Part shown: positions 39,935 through 48,274 of the stretch, piece after piece
Numbering within the stretch: the stretch's first letter is position 1
Layout: each line of letters begins with the position of its first letter
Origin: Ferrimonas marina
GTDB taxonomy: Bacteria > Pseudomonadota > Gammaproteobacteria > Enterobacterales > Shewanellaceae
Reading direction: 5' to 3'
Length of the DNA: 64,000 bases
Assembly: GCF_900129905.1 (NCBI RefSeq)
Contig: NZ_FQXG01000003.1
Coordinates: forward strand, 512,249 to 576,248
Notes under the pieces: model-generated
Seen by the model: the letters and a program-made list of their open reading frames with translations, nothing else
Told to the model about the DNA's origin: nothing
Database searches by the model: none
Program-made: the position numbers and the translations under genes

Positions 39935-40194
39935 TGATTGCGATGAAAAACACCTGAGTCCTAAGCCCGAATTTGTACCACCTACTGTATTTTACCTGAC
40001 CACCAGGGTGGATCAAGTGTGGGGTGCTTGAGTTAAAAACAAAGTAAAAGCACTGCGTATGGCATGTGCATTCGGCGATCTGCGTCCTTGTTCACTCAAA
40101 CCGGTCTCTGAGGATTCATGGCTGATCCTACGATCAGCGATACCTATGTGTCGTTACACAACAGTGCCTGTACCGAAATCAATGGAGGCCCGTT

Positions 40195-40881
40195 ATGCCG
40201 TTCGGAAAATCGAGTTCTAAGCACTCAGTCGTTCAGATGCAGTATGCGGATGCGAGGCCTGAAATGCGCCCAGGAGACGTAATCGCCTTCGGGGGAAAGG
40301 GTCACTTTTCAGAAATCATCAAACTTGGGACCCTAAGCGACGTATCCCACGTCGGGGTGATTTTGCAAACCAAGATCCCGACAGAGGATGAGGCCGACAC
40401 ACGGTTCTTCAACCAGATCATCGAATCAACCTCCCTGCATGGATTCAATGGGGTTCAGATCAATCGTTTCAGCGACCGGCTTGCCGCCTACGAAGGAGAG
40501 CTTTGGTGGTTGCCGCTGAGAAAGGAAATCCGTGAGGGGCGATTTGACCAGAAAGCGTTCTATGACTTTCTGTTCAACCAGGCTAGAGAGCGCAAGGGCT
40601 ACGATATGCCGCAGGCTATAAGGTCAGCCTTGGACGCACTGGATCAGTTGCCCTTTGGTGCGGATGGGCCTACCTACAATCGAGAGGATTTCTCCCGATT
40701 CTTCTGTAGTGAGTTGGTTGCCGCAGGACTGGAAATGGCTGGCGCCGTGGGGGCGGTGAATGCATCGGAAGTGACACCGATTGATCTGTGTCGTTGGGGT
40801 ATCTACGAGGATACCTACTATCAGCTCAAGGGGGACCCGGGCAAGTCCATCTCCAGGTTCAATACGGTTACGCCCATCTAG
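40195..40881 (+). CDS. hypothetical protein, possible permuted papain-like (His before Cys) hydrolase
   Basis: SDVSHVGVIL ... FCSELVAAGL order resembles YiiX/permuted NlpC-P60-like enzymes; weak. Confidence 0.4.
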   Translation: MPFGKSSSKHSVVQMQYADARPEMRPGDVIAFGGKGHFSEIIKLGTLSDVSHVGVILQTKIPTEDEADTRFFNQIIESTSLHGFNGVQINRFSDRLAAYEGELWWLPLRKEIREGRFDQKAFYDFLFNQARERKGYDMPQAIRSALDALDQLPFGADGPTYNREDFSRFFCSELVAAGLEMAGAVGAVNASEVTPIDLCRWGIYEDTYYQLKGDPGKSISRFNTVTPI

Positions 40882-40983
40882 TAGCAGACGGGTGCCCCCG
40901 GGACTGTTGTTGTGCCCAGATATCCGCCAACCGGTGTCACAATGGGATCAATGGCTGGTCGTTGATAGTAAAACTACCGTACA

Positions 40984-40999
40984 CTGTATGGGTGTACAG
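40984..40999. promoter_or_regulatory. LexA (SOS) box CTGT-N8-ACAG upstream of umuDC
   Basis: caCTGTATGGGTGTACAGgt 44 bp upstream of umuD start; matches gammaproteobacterial consensus CTGTAT-N6-ACAG half sites. Confidence 0.7.
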
Positions 41000-41042
41000 G
41001 TTACGGTGTTTTGTTGACCGCAATTGATCTTGGGGGGTTGGA

Positions 41043-41417
41043 TTGGCAGGTATCAAGGGGTTTGCGTCGCCGGCGCGCAGTTACGAAGGTAATCAGCTGT
41101 CGCTGGACCAGTTAGTGATTGAAAAGCCGCACGCCACCATCTTTTGCGAGGCCAGTGGAGACGGCATGGCCGGAGCGGGGATCTTGAATGGCTCAGTGCT
41201 GATCATTGAGCGCGGGTTCCGAGAACGCCATGGCGATCTGGTGCTGGCAGTCGTTGATGGTGAGCACCTGGTACGTCGTGTCGATGAGATGAACCAGTTG
41301 CTGGTTGCGGAACCGCTACCGGGTGATGAGACCGGCTACCCAGCGGTTGGCCTAGGCCGTTCTGGTGAGGTGGTGATTGAGGGGGTGGTGATCGGCTGCC
41401 TGAACCGTTACCGATGA
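41043..41417 (+). CDS. umuD: UmuD-like protein (S24 fold), N-terminally short and lacking the Ser/Lys dyad
   Basis: Alignable to E. coli UmuD from the C24-G25 cleavage site onward (KGFASPARSY vs CGFPSPAADY; ASGDGM vs ASGDSM; LVRRV vs TVKKL); in-frame stop at 41025 precludes a longer N-terminus. Confidence 0.75.
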   Translation: MAGIKGFASPARSYEGNQLSLDQLVIEKPHATIFCEASGDGMAGAGILNGSVLIIERGFRERHGDLVLAVVDGEHLVRRVDEMNQLLVAEPLPGDETGYPAVGLGRSGEVVIEGVVIGCLNRYR

Positions 41418-42682
41418 TTTACCTGATCGATGCCAACGCGTTCTACTGTGGTGCCGAGGCCTCCGTCGATCCCAGTCTGCGTAACCTGACCAACGGACAC
41501 ATCGTGCTGACCAACTCAGATGGCTGTGTCTGCGCGGCGACCAAGCCGGCTCTGGCCATCCTCGGTAAGAAATTCCAACCTTACTTCCAGATTGAGGGCC
41601 TGGTAGAGCAACATGGGATCCGGGTTCACTCCTCAAACTATGAGCTCTATGCCGCGGTCTCCCAGCGGATGAATGAGACATTGCGTAGCTTCGGCCCGGC
41701 CAGACATCACGTCTACAGCATCGATGAGACGTTCCAGGAATACTACGGCATCACTGATCACCACCAACTGGCCCGGGCCATCCGCCAGCGTGTCTGGAAA
41801 GAGCAGAGGATCCCAATGGGTGTGGGCGTTGGGCCCACCTACGTGCTGGCGAAGGCCGCCAATCACGCAGCCAAGCGGTTAGAGGGCTACCGGGGCATTG
41901 CGGTGATCGACAACGACCATGAACGACGCCGGATCCTGGCCCAGATGAAGTTGACGGATGTCTGGGGCATTGGTTCCAGGTTGGCAGCTCGGATGGAGGC
42001 CATTGGCTTGCGCACTGCGCTGGATCTGAGCCAACAGCAACCCCAGCAGATGCGCCGGCAGTTCAGCGTCAACGTCGAGCGCATCGTCCGTGAGTTGAAC
42101 GGCGAACTGGCCATGGGATTTGACGAAGTGCCACCGCCAGCAAAGGAGATCTGCAGTTCCTTGACGGTGAAGGCGCGCCTGACTGATCTTGTCAGCTTCC
42201 GACAGGCCATGGCACTGCGTGTCGAGTACGCCGCAGAGCGGTTGCGACGCCAGGGTCAGATGTGTGAGGTGATCAGCGTATTTGCCTATGCCAGTCAGGG
42301 GGACCGCGAGCGTGGCAATGGCTTTTCGGCCTCTAAGGTGATCCAGTTGCCGGTGGCCACCGACGACACCCGCACGCTGGTCAGCAAAGTCATGACAGAG
42401 GTAGAGGCCATGTGGCGACCCGGGGCCCGCGTTGCGAAGCACGGTGTGATCCTCAGCGGACTATCGAACGCCAGCAGCAGTCAAATGAGCCTGTTTGAGG
42501 CGCCGCCAGCGAACTCGGGACCGCTGATGAAGGCAATGGACGACATCAACGCCCGGTTTGGCTCTGGCGCCCTACAAACGGCCGCCACTGGTATGTTAGA
42601 TAGGGCAGAGCTAAACCACCGGCAATTCCTGTCGAAAAACCCACTTACCCGCTGGAGCGACATCCCAAAGGCTCGCTGCTAA
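41414..42682 (+). CDS. umuC: DNA polymerase V catalytic subunit (Y-family)
   Basis: MIYLIDANAFYCGAE, SSNYELYAAVSQRM, VWGIGSRLAARMEAIGLRTALDL colinear with E. coli UmuC; overlaps umuD stop by 4 nt. Confidence 0.85.
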   Translation: MIYLIDANAFYCGAEASVDPSLRNLTNGHIVLTNSDGCVCAATKPALAILGKKFQPYFQIEGLVEQHGIRVHSSNYELYAAVSQRMNETLRSFGPARHHVYSIDETFQEYYGITDHHQLARAIRQRVWKEQRIPMGVGVGPTYVLAKAANHAAKRLEGYRGIAVIDNDHERRRILAQMKLTDVWGIGSRLAARMEAIGLRTALDLSQQQPQQMRRQFSVNVERIVRELNGELAMGFDEVPPPAKEICSSLTVKARLTDLVSFRQAMALRVEYAAERLRRQGQMCEVISVFAYASQGDRERGNGFSASKVIQLPVATDDTRTLVSKVMTEVEAMWRPGARVAKHGVILSGLSNASSSQMSLFEAPPANSGPLMKAMDDINARFGSGALQTAATGMLDRAELNHRQFLSKNPLTRWSDIPKARC

Positions 42683-42719
42683 GGCGGACTTGAAGACCCC
42701 GCCACGAGAGGGTAGAGTC

Positions 42720-42738
42720 TTTGTGAACGGTTCACAAA
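42720..42738. repeat. palindrome copy 6 TTTGTGAAC-G-GTTCACAAA (19 bp, central base inverted relative to copies 1-5)
   Basis: Read from sequence; ends 10 bp before ATG of 42749 gene. Confidence 0.8.
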
Positions 42739-42748
42739 GAGGCACTCC

Positions 42749-43258
42749 ATGAGCGATACCCATCCGCTGCAAACCTACGTCCAAGAGCAGGACTACATCT
42801 ACTTGCGTAACTGGGCGAATAGAAAGCTCATGAGCCCGCTGGAGTTTAGCCTGCTGGTGAAAGAGGAAGTCACTGATCGTGAAGCGGTGGCATCAAGGCT
42901 ACGCAGCATCCAAGACAAAGATGTAGCATCACTCGCAGCTCTGCTTTGCGAAGTGTGCTCCGAGCCAGCGCTCAAGCGTCTGTACGCCAGTGCCCGCAAG
43001 GCACGCTCTAATAAGGACAAGAGGTACAGCGAACGGGAGATGAAGCAGCTAAACGTTTCGACTGAAGTGCGCAACGAAATCAACCGATTAGCAGAGAAGG
43101 AAGAGTGCAAAAGCGTCGATGAGTTCTTGCGGTCCCGGTTTGCGCCAGGTAAGCACAACCTGAGCCTAGATGAGGACGTCGCGGGCAAACTGCAGGAGCA
43201 AGCTGAGGCGGCCGGCCAAAGTCTGGATCAGTATCTCTACAACCTGCTTAAGAAATAG
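42749..43258 (+). CDS. single-chain DNA-binding protein with three tandem ribbon-helix-helix (RHH) repeats
   Basis: Three beta-strand/helix/helix units: LQTYVQEQ-DYIYLRNWANRKL-MSPLEFSLLV; KQLNVSTEV-RNEINRLAEKEE-CKSVDEFLRSRF; NLSLDEDV-AGKLQEQAEAAG-QSLDQYLYNLL (Arc/CopG-like). Confidence 0.55.
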   Translation: MSDTHPLQTYVQEQDYIYLRNWANRKLMSPLEFSLLVKEEVTDREAVASRLRSIQDKDVASLAALLCEVCSEPALKRLYASARKARSNKDKRYSEREMKQLNVSTEVRNEINRLAEKEECKSVDEFLRSRFAPGKHNLSLDEDVAGKLQEQAEAAGQSLDQYLYNLLKK

Positions 43259-43297
43259 CCCGTATATACCTAAGTATATCTAGTGCTAGGGGAGGGA

Positions 43298-43388
43298 TGG
43301 CGGTGAGAGAGGGATTCGAACCCTCGATGAGCTATTAACCCATACGCCCTTAGCAGGGGCGCGCCTTCAGCCACTCGGCCATCTCACC
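43298..43388 (-). tRNA. tRNA-Ser (anticodon GCU), type II with long variable arm
   Basis: Reverse complement GGTGAGATGGCCGAGTGGCTGAAGGCGCGCCCCTGCTAAGGGCG...GAGGGTTCGAATCCCTCTCTCACCGCCA; 7-bp acceptor stem pairs; near-identical to E. coli tRNA-Ser(GCU). Confidence 0.9.
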
Positions 43389-43435
43389 GTAAACGTTCTG
43401 CTGGGCACCGCGAAAATGCGCGATACCCTTGGAAT

Positions 43436-43512
<77 letters not shown>

Positions 43513-43550
43513 TCCGTTAAAGAGACTCTAACTCAACCCAGAGAATGAGG

Positions 43551-44129
43551 TCAACCACGGGCCATCTCATGTGCTGGATAATGCTGCAACAGCGCCGCTG
43601 GATTGAATAACCGGAACAACAACTCTTGGCGGACGACCTGCGCCAGCTTTTCGCCACTAGCGATGTCCGGGATTAGGTCAGCGATGAACTCGTCAAGGAA
43701 CCGCTTGCGGCCGGGTCCATAGAGGGTTTCCAGGTATTCGTAGATCAGCTTGTCGAGCTCAACCGTAGTGGTTTTGTCGGCAGTTACCTGAACAAGTTTG
43801 CGGCCGTAGTAGTGACTTAGGGCGCTCGCGTCGCGTGTCCCAATTTTGTCGGCGATGCCTGGGACGGTTTCTAGCAAAATGGCGACCTTAAGGGCGTGCC
43901 GGACCTGGTCTTTGCTGACACCACTAGCTAGGAGTGAGTAGATCTGGGTCCGGGCTTCCGTCTTGGCCGCGGCAAAGGCAGTGACTGGGCAATGCCCTTG
44001 GTTCTGTGCATCCTGATGCCAAGAGAAGAGGTAGTAGCTGTCAATGGAGGTTGAGGTGGGGTTGCCCCCGGGCGGGTTGTAAGCGATTTTGGTCTTTTGG
44101 CTCTTGAAAAAGGGGGTGGTAATGCTCAT
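43551..44129 (-). CDS. hypothetical protein (192 aa)
   Basis: Intact ORF immediately adjacent to tRNA-fMet. Confidence 0.45.
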   Translation of the reverse strand: MSITTPFFKSQKTKIAYNPPGGNPTSTSIDSYYLFSWHQDAQNQGHCPVTAFAAAKTEARTQIYSLLASGVSKDQVRHALKVAILLETVPGIADKIGTRDASALSHYYGRKLVQVTADKTTTVELDKLIYEYLETLYGPGRKRFLDEFIADLIPDIASGEKLAQVVRQELLFRLFNPAALLQHYPAHEMARG

Positions 44130-44547
44130 GCAGGATTTCTTAGGTTCCGATTGGGTGTGAAGATAATAACCAGAAGAAATGGATTGTCACGCCCGCATAT
44201 CCAAGCCGGAAAAGGCTCTTGACATACGGCTCAGTGGTGCACCTATAAGCCTTTGAATAAATTGATGGAACAATTATACCACCAAAGACAGTCACGCCTT
44301 GCTGGCGTTCTTAATAGATGTGCGGGGGAGGATCCAATGACTTTTCCTTTTGAGCCCTTGGTATATATGCGTTTCAGGAGCGAAACCATGAACCTGAGCG
44401 AAATAAGATTCAGCGCAGAGGTATGGACATCGCCTCCACCTTTGAGTCGATCCCGGTTACACCAGTCACTAGGAGCAGTGATGAAAAGAAGATCTGGCAG
44501 CGCCAGAACGTGAGCCAGATCCCGAATATACCATTAGGTTCTGTCAG

Positions 44548-45417
44548 TCAGGCACGTACCAGATGGTTGTGCGCACGCGCCAGGTCTCTTGCTTCAATGC
44601 CCAAGTGAGACTGGGCGGCACCGGCGACGATATCATGCAACTCATCTGGTAGGCGCTTTGATCGGTCCTCATTAAAGAGATTGCGATACACGAACCCGAC
44701 TTTATTTTCGTGAGTGGACGTCTCGCGTTGGGCATCCTTAAGCGCATCAATGCAGTATTGGATATTAGCTTGATATGCTCCAAGTGTTTCAAAAAAGTCG
44801 CTGGTAGCACACATCAGGTCACGACTCCGACCGAACTGCGTATATTTGTCGTCATCTAGAACAAGATAAAGTTGGTCAGTATGCTCTTGTGCATATTCAC
44901 GGATCCGCTTTTCTGCGATGGCCTTTAGATCAGGGTCGATTCTGATATCAGAGAAGTAACCATGGCAAACCAGGGTAAGGTCTTCTAGGGACGTATTTGA
45001 TACTGGGAGGATCGCTCCGGCGACATCAAACTCCACGCGGCCCTTCTCGTAATCAAACTTGTCTTTCGGTCGGTTTCTAAAGAACACCGCCTCATCAATA
45101 TAGAACCGCACACGCTGGCCGTTCTTGTCCTTTAGATCGAATGAGAACCTGGCTTTCTCAGCGAGAGCATTGTATAGCTTTTCGGCATCGGAACGATTAT
45201 GGACTGGAAGCGCGTACCCGCCCCTCAAGTTGGCCGATAAACCCACAGTGGGAGAAACGGCTTTCGCTTCAGGTGGGAAACTGCGTTTGCCGCGTTCAGC
45301 TACTTCAATCGCTTCTTTGGTTGAATCATAGAGAAGGTTGTTGTTGAACCTTTTGGACACCACTTGCAACGTTTTAAAGTCTTCAGTGAGCTGTATGATA
45401 TTGGTCTTGTTCGTCAC
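44548..45417 (-). CDS. hypothetical protein (289 aa), third gene of a three-gene minus-strand operon
   Basis: Intact ORF, lower GC, 10-bp spacing to upstream gene. Confidence 0.45.
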   Translation of the reverse strand: MTNKTNIIQLTEDFKTLQVVSKRFNNNLLYDSTKEAIEVAERGKRSFPPEAKAVSPTVGLSANLRGGYALPVHNRSDAEKLYNALAEKARFSFDLKDKNGQRVRFYIDEAVFFRNRPKDKFDYEKGRVEFDVAGAILPVSNTSLEDLTLVCHGYFSDIRIDPDLKAIAEKRIREYAQEHTDQLYLVLDDDKYTQFGRSRDLMCATSDFFETLGAYQANIQYCIDALKDAQRETSTHENKVGFVYRNLFNEDRSKRLPDELHDIVAGAAQSHLGIEARDLARAHNHLVRA

Positions 45418-45427
45418 AACCTACCCC

Positions 45428-46336
45428 TTATCCAAGTTCCGGCGCTGCACTGCGCGCCTGGCTGAGATCACGGAAGTTCTCTGAGACATGTGCTTCTAAG
45501 AGGGCCATGTGCTCTTCGCTAATAGTGCTGCGCTTTTCCAGGATTGAGCGTGCGAAGACAGCACTACCTGGTGCCTTCGGATTCAATGCCAGAAGCTTGC
45601 AGGCCGCCAGGGCCGTATCAGACAATCGCTGACTTTGCTCAAAGGATTTGTTGATGAATTGATGGGCGTCACGCATGCATGGGTCGATATCACCCGTCAA
45701 AAGTAGTGGGGAGTGCCACTTGTGGCCGACTGGGGTTTTGCGACCAGTTCTGCACTGTTTGGCGAGGTCACTGGCATAGTCGTTCTTCACGTGCTCAAGA
45801 AACTTCGCGAATTTGGTATCCAGTTTGTCTTTATCCAGTGCCAGCCCTTCGTGGCTAAAGAGAACCAGGTAGCGGTTGTCTTCGTGGGGGTGCCGTAACA
45901 TTAGTGCATTCACCGGGAACCGATCTGCTTCGAACGAGGCGTTTGGTTCCTCAATTTCCAAGCTGCCGTAGCTGACCTTGCCGGCCTGGGGTCGAGCCTC
46001 TGGCTCCAAGCATCCAATAGAGTATGTCTTAGATTGGCAGGAAAAAGGAAAGTGCTTTGTAAGCGCGTGAAAGGCCTCAGTCGCTTCCGCTTCGCTGTCG
46101 CACACCAGGGTCCAATCACTGAGCTGTTGTTTAAATCCAGGAATGGCCCCGGCGCTTAAAGATGTTGGTGCTTTGAATCCCTGAACACTAGGTGATAGCA
46201 ATGCACGACTAGTGCTTGATGCATCTGCAGGGGTGCCAGAATGCAGCCCTAAGTCTTTGATCAGCTGTTGGCAAAAGGACCGAAGTTTATTGGGAGTCAT
46301 CTGACTTTTCCTTGTGGTATTAATGAGCCCGCTCAA
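45428..46336 (-). CDS. hypothetical protein (302 aa)
   Basis: Intact ORF; overlaps upstream gene by 17 nt. Confidence 0.45.
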   Translation of the reverse strand: MSGLINTTRKSQMTPNKLRSFCQQLIKDLGLHSGTPADASSTSRALLSPSVQGFKAPTSLSAGAIPGFKQQLSDWTLVCDSEAEATEAFHALTKHFPFSCQSKTYSIGCLEPEARPQAGKVSYGSLEIEEPNASFEADRFPVNALMLRHPHEDNRYLVLFSHEGLALDKDKLDTKFAKFLEHVKNDYASDLAKQCRTGRKTPVGHKWHSPLLLTGDIDPCMRDAHQFINKSFEQSQRLSDTALAACKLLALNPKAPGSAVFARSILEKRSTISEEHMALLEAHVSENFRDLSQARSAAPELG

Positions 46337-47027
46337 CGGACTGTTGGTTCTTATGGAATTGCTGTACCCCTCTGCGGAGGAGGTCGGCCTTGGTCGGTTC
46401 GGAAATCGCTAGGCTCTTAATCGCATCTGCGATTTCTTTTATGCTGGATAGTCCAATCCTGAACGAGTTTAAGCGTGCACAGTGATCGTTGAGGTAGGAG
46501 TTAGCGGTTAGGGTATTTCGGGCCTGTTCAAGGATCTTTAGCGTCCCTGGGGGGTGCCGGTATTGTTTCTGATGACGTGTACTGATGTGCTCCCTTAGAT
46601 CCTCGAACATTTCAGTGGAGAGGACGACATTGAAGGCAGCTAGTTGTTGCGCCAAGGCAACGCCAGTCAATTGGACCCCTTCAGGGTTGTAGATGACGAT
46701 CTTGTGATTAGGCCAGTCCGGGTGGGGCGCTTTAACCATTGTTGGAGTGATGCTGGTTAGCGAAGCATCACCGTCTTCATCAAGGGTAAACATAGCCGAG
46801 GCGTACTCCACGGAGGCATCCTCATGGCAAAGTGGGGCTGCGCTGGCCTGGTACTTTCTGAATGCTTCATCAGCTGCTGGACCATCAGGGAAGATGGCGA
46901 TGATATCGTTTTCCTTTTTTGTGTAGGTGTAGTCGCCTAATTGGAATTCATAGCCGGAGTCTTCGAAAAGTAGTGCGCTGTCTTTATTCGTTTGGTCGAC
47001 GAAGGCCTGGAGCAGGTCAGAAGCCAT
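46320..47027 (-). CDS. hypothetical protein (235 aa)
   Basis: Intact ORF, first gene of the operon. Confidence 0.45.
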   Translation of the reverse strand: MASDLLQAFVDQTNKDSALLFEDSGYEFQLGDYTYTKKENDIIAIFPDGPAADEAFRKYQASAAPLCHEDASVEYASAMFTLDEDGDASLTSITPTMVKAPHPDWPNHKIVIYNPEGVQLTGVALAQQLAAFNVVLSTEMFEDLREHISTRHQKQYRHPPGTLKILEQARNTLTANSYLNDHCARLNSFRIGLSSIKEIADAIKSLAISEPTKADLLRRGVQQFHKNQQSVERAH

Positions 47028-47165
47028 AATTAATACTCGATACAGTGCTTACTCAAATAATAACCCTTGGGCCGGGATGACGGGTGAAACCCATTGGGTT
47101 CAGGGGAGTAGTAACGGCTGAGTGGTAAAATTAATGGAAGAGAAGGTGCATCGAGTGAAGACGTC

Positions 47166-47885
47166 ATGCAGGGTAAGGATATCGCGCAACAAAACCTGGG
47201 GCAGCCAACATTAGGCCAGTTTTGCGCTGAGGCGGAGAAGCGGGGCTTGTACCTACCGATGATAGGCCCGGCTAATGTAGAGGCGGTGGTTGCTGAGGTT
47301 ATGCTCCAACTCAGCGATTACAACCTAGACCACGGATTCAAAGAGGACAGCAAGGGTCCGTTGGCGGATCTCAAGCTCGATGTCCCTCTTCCTAATATGG
47401 ATGAGCGAAAGGACGGCTTTGACCGGACCTACCAGACCAGGATCTTCTTCGATGCAGACAAGGTGCGTCGAGGCTCTGTCCTTGGGCCAGTTGTGCTGGA
47501 ATGCCTGGCCATGGCCGGCTATGGCCGAAAAGATAGGGGAAGTGGTCGGTTAGGGTATTTGTTTGAATGGCCCGCTGTCCGGGGCAATAAAGAAGACAAG
47601 ACTCGAATTGAGGTCGAGAGCGAGGAGGGGTTGCGGGCGGCGCTGCAATCCGACTGCGTGCGGATGTTCCGCGCACTTGTGGATTACACCAAGAGCCTGA
47701 AAAGGCGGGGGGAGCGCGGTGAAAGCATTGGCTGGAGCCCCGGCAAGGTGCTTACTGCCAAACAGGTAAGGACCAAGCTGGCCCTGCCCATTGAGTTAGC
47801 GTACCCAGAAATGCTCAGCAGCAACCTGGAAAACCAGCGCTGCCTGAATCCGGGGCCAGAGTTGTGGCCAGATCCAAAGCTATAG
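47166..47885 (+). CDS. hypothetical protein (239 aa)
   Basis: Intact ORF divergent from 46320..47027. Confidence 0.45.
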   Translation: MQGKDIAQQNLGQPTLGQFCAEAEKRGLYLPMIGPANVEAVVAEVMLQLSDYNLDHGFKEDSKGPLADLKLDVPLPNMDERKDGFDRTYQTRIFFDADKVRRGSVLGPVVLECLAMAGYGRKDRGSGRLGYLFEWPAVRGNKEDKTRIEVESEEGLRAALQSDCVRMFRALVDYTKSLKRRGERGESIGWSPGKVLTAKQVRTKLALPIELAYPEMLSSNLENQRCLNPGPELWPDPKL

Positions 47886-47944
47886 CCAGGAAGGATTCGT
47901 GTGCTAGTATGACCGCTACGCGTTAATGGTACGAAAAACAATCT

Positions 47945-48241
47945 ATGGAACAGAGCCATATAGCCTATAAGGATCGCTTGAAGCAGTTGGTGATCGATAC
48001 ACCAAGGGGCCGGGCGTTGGACCCTAACTACACTCCGGTGCAGGCTCAGCTGCCGATCCCTTACAGTCGCACCGGTTGCTTGCAGGTGTTGCATCGCATC
48101 ACTCAGCGCTACCCAGAACTGGTTGACCTCCCCTTGGATCACATTAGAAAAGCGAGCAGTTCGCCGCTACAGCTCACCGCGGCCCTGGACAAAATCGCTC
48201 ATGCAGCCCTGGATCGAAAGTACGTGCTCATCTACGACTGA
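47945..48241 (+). CDS. hypothetical protein (98 aa)
   Basis: Small ORF in operon-like spacing. Confidence 0.35.
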   Translation: MEQSHIAYKDRLKQLVIDTPRGRALDPNYTPVQAQLPIPYSRTGCLQVLHRITQRYPELVDLPLDHIRKASSSPLQLTAALDKIAHAALDRKYVLIYD

Positions 48242-48274
48242 GCGCCGTTGAAAAGTTGAAGTTGGAGATCACCG

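Noticed and set aside
42720-42738. Palindrome copy 6 as the umuC transcription terminator
   Set aside because: Perfect hairpin but no downstream T-run; the position directly at the promoter/RBS of the RHH gene fits an operator better.
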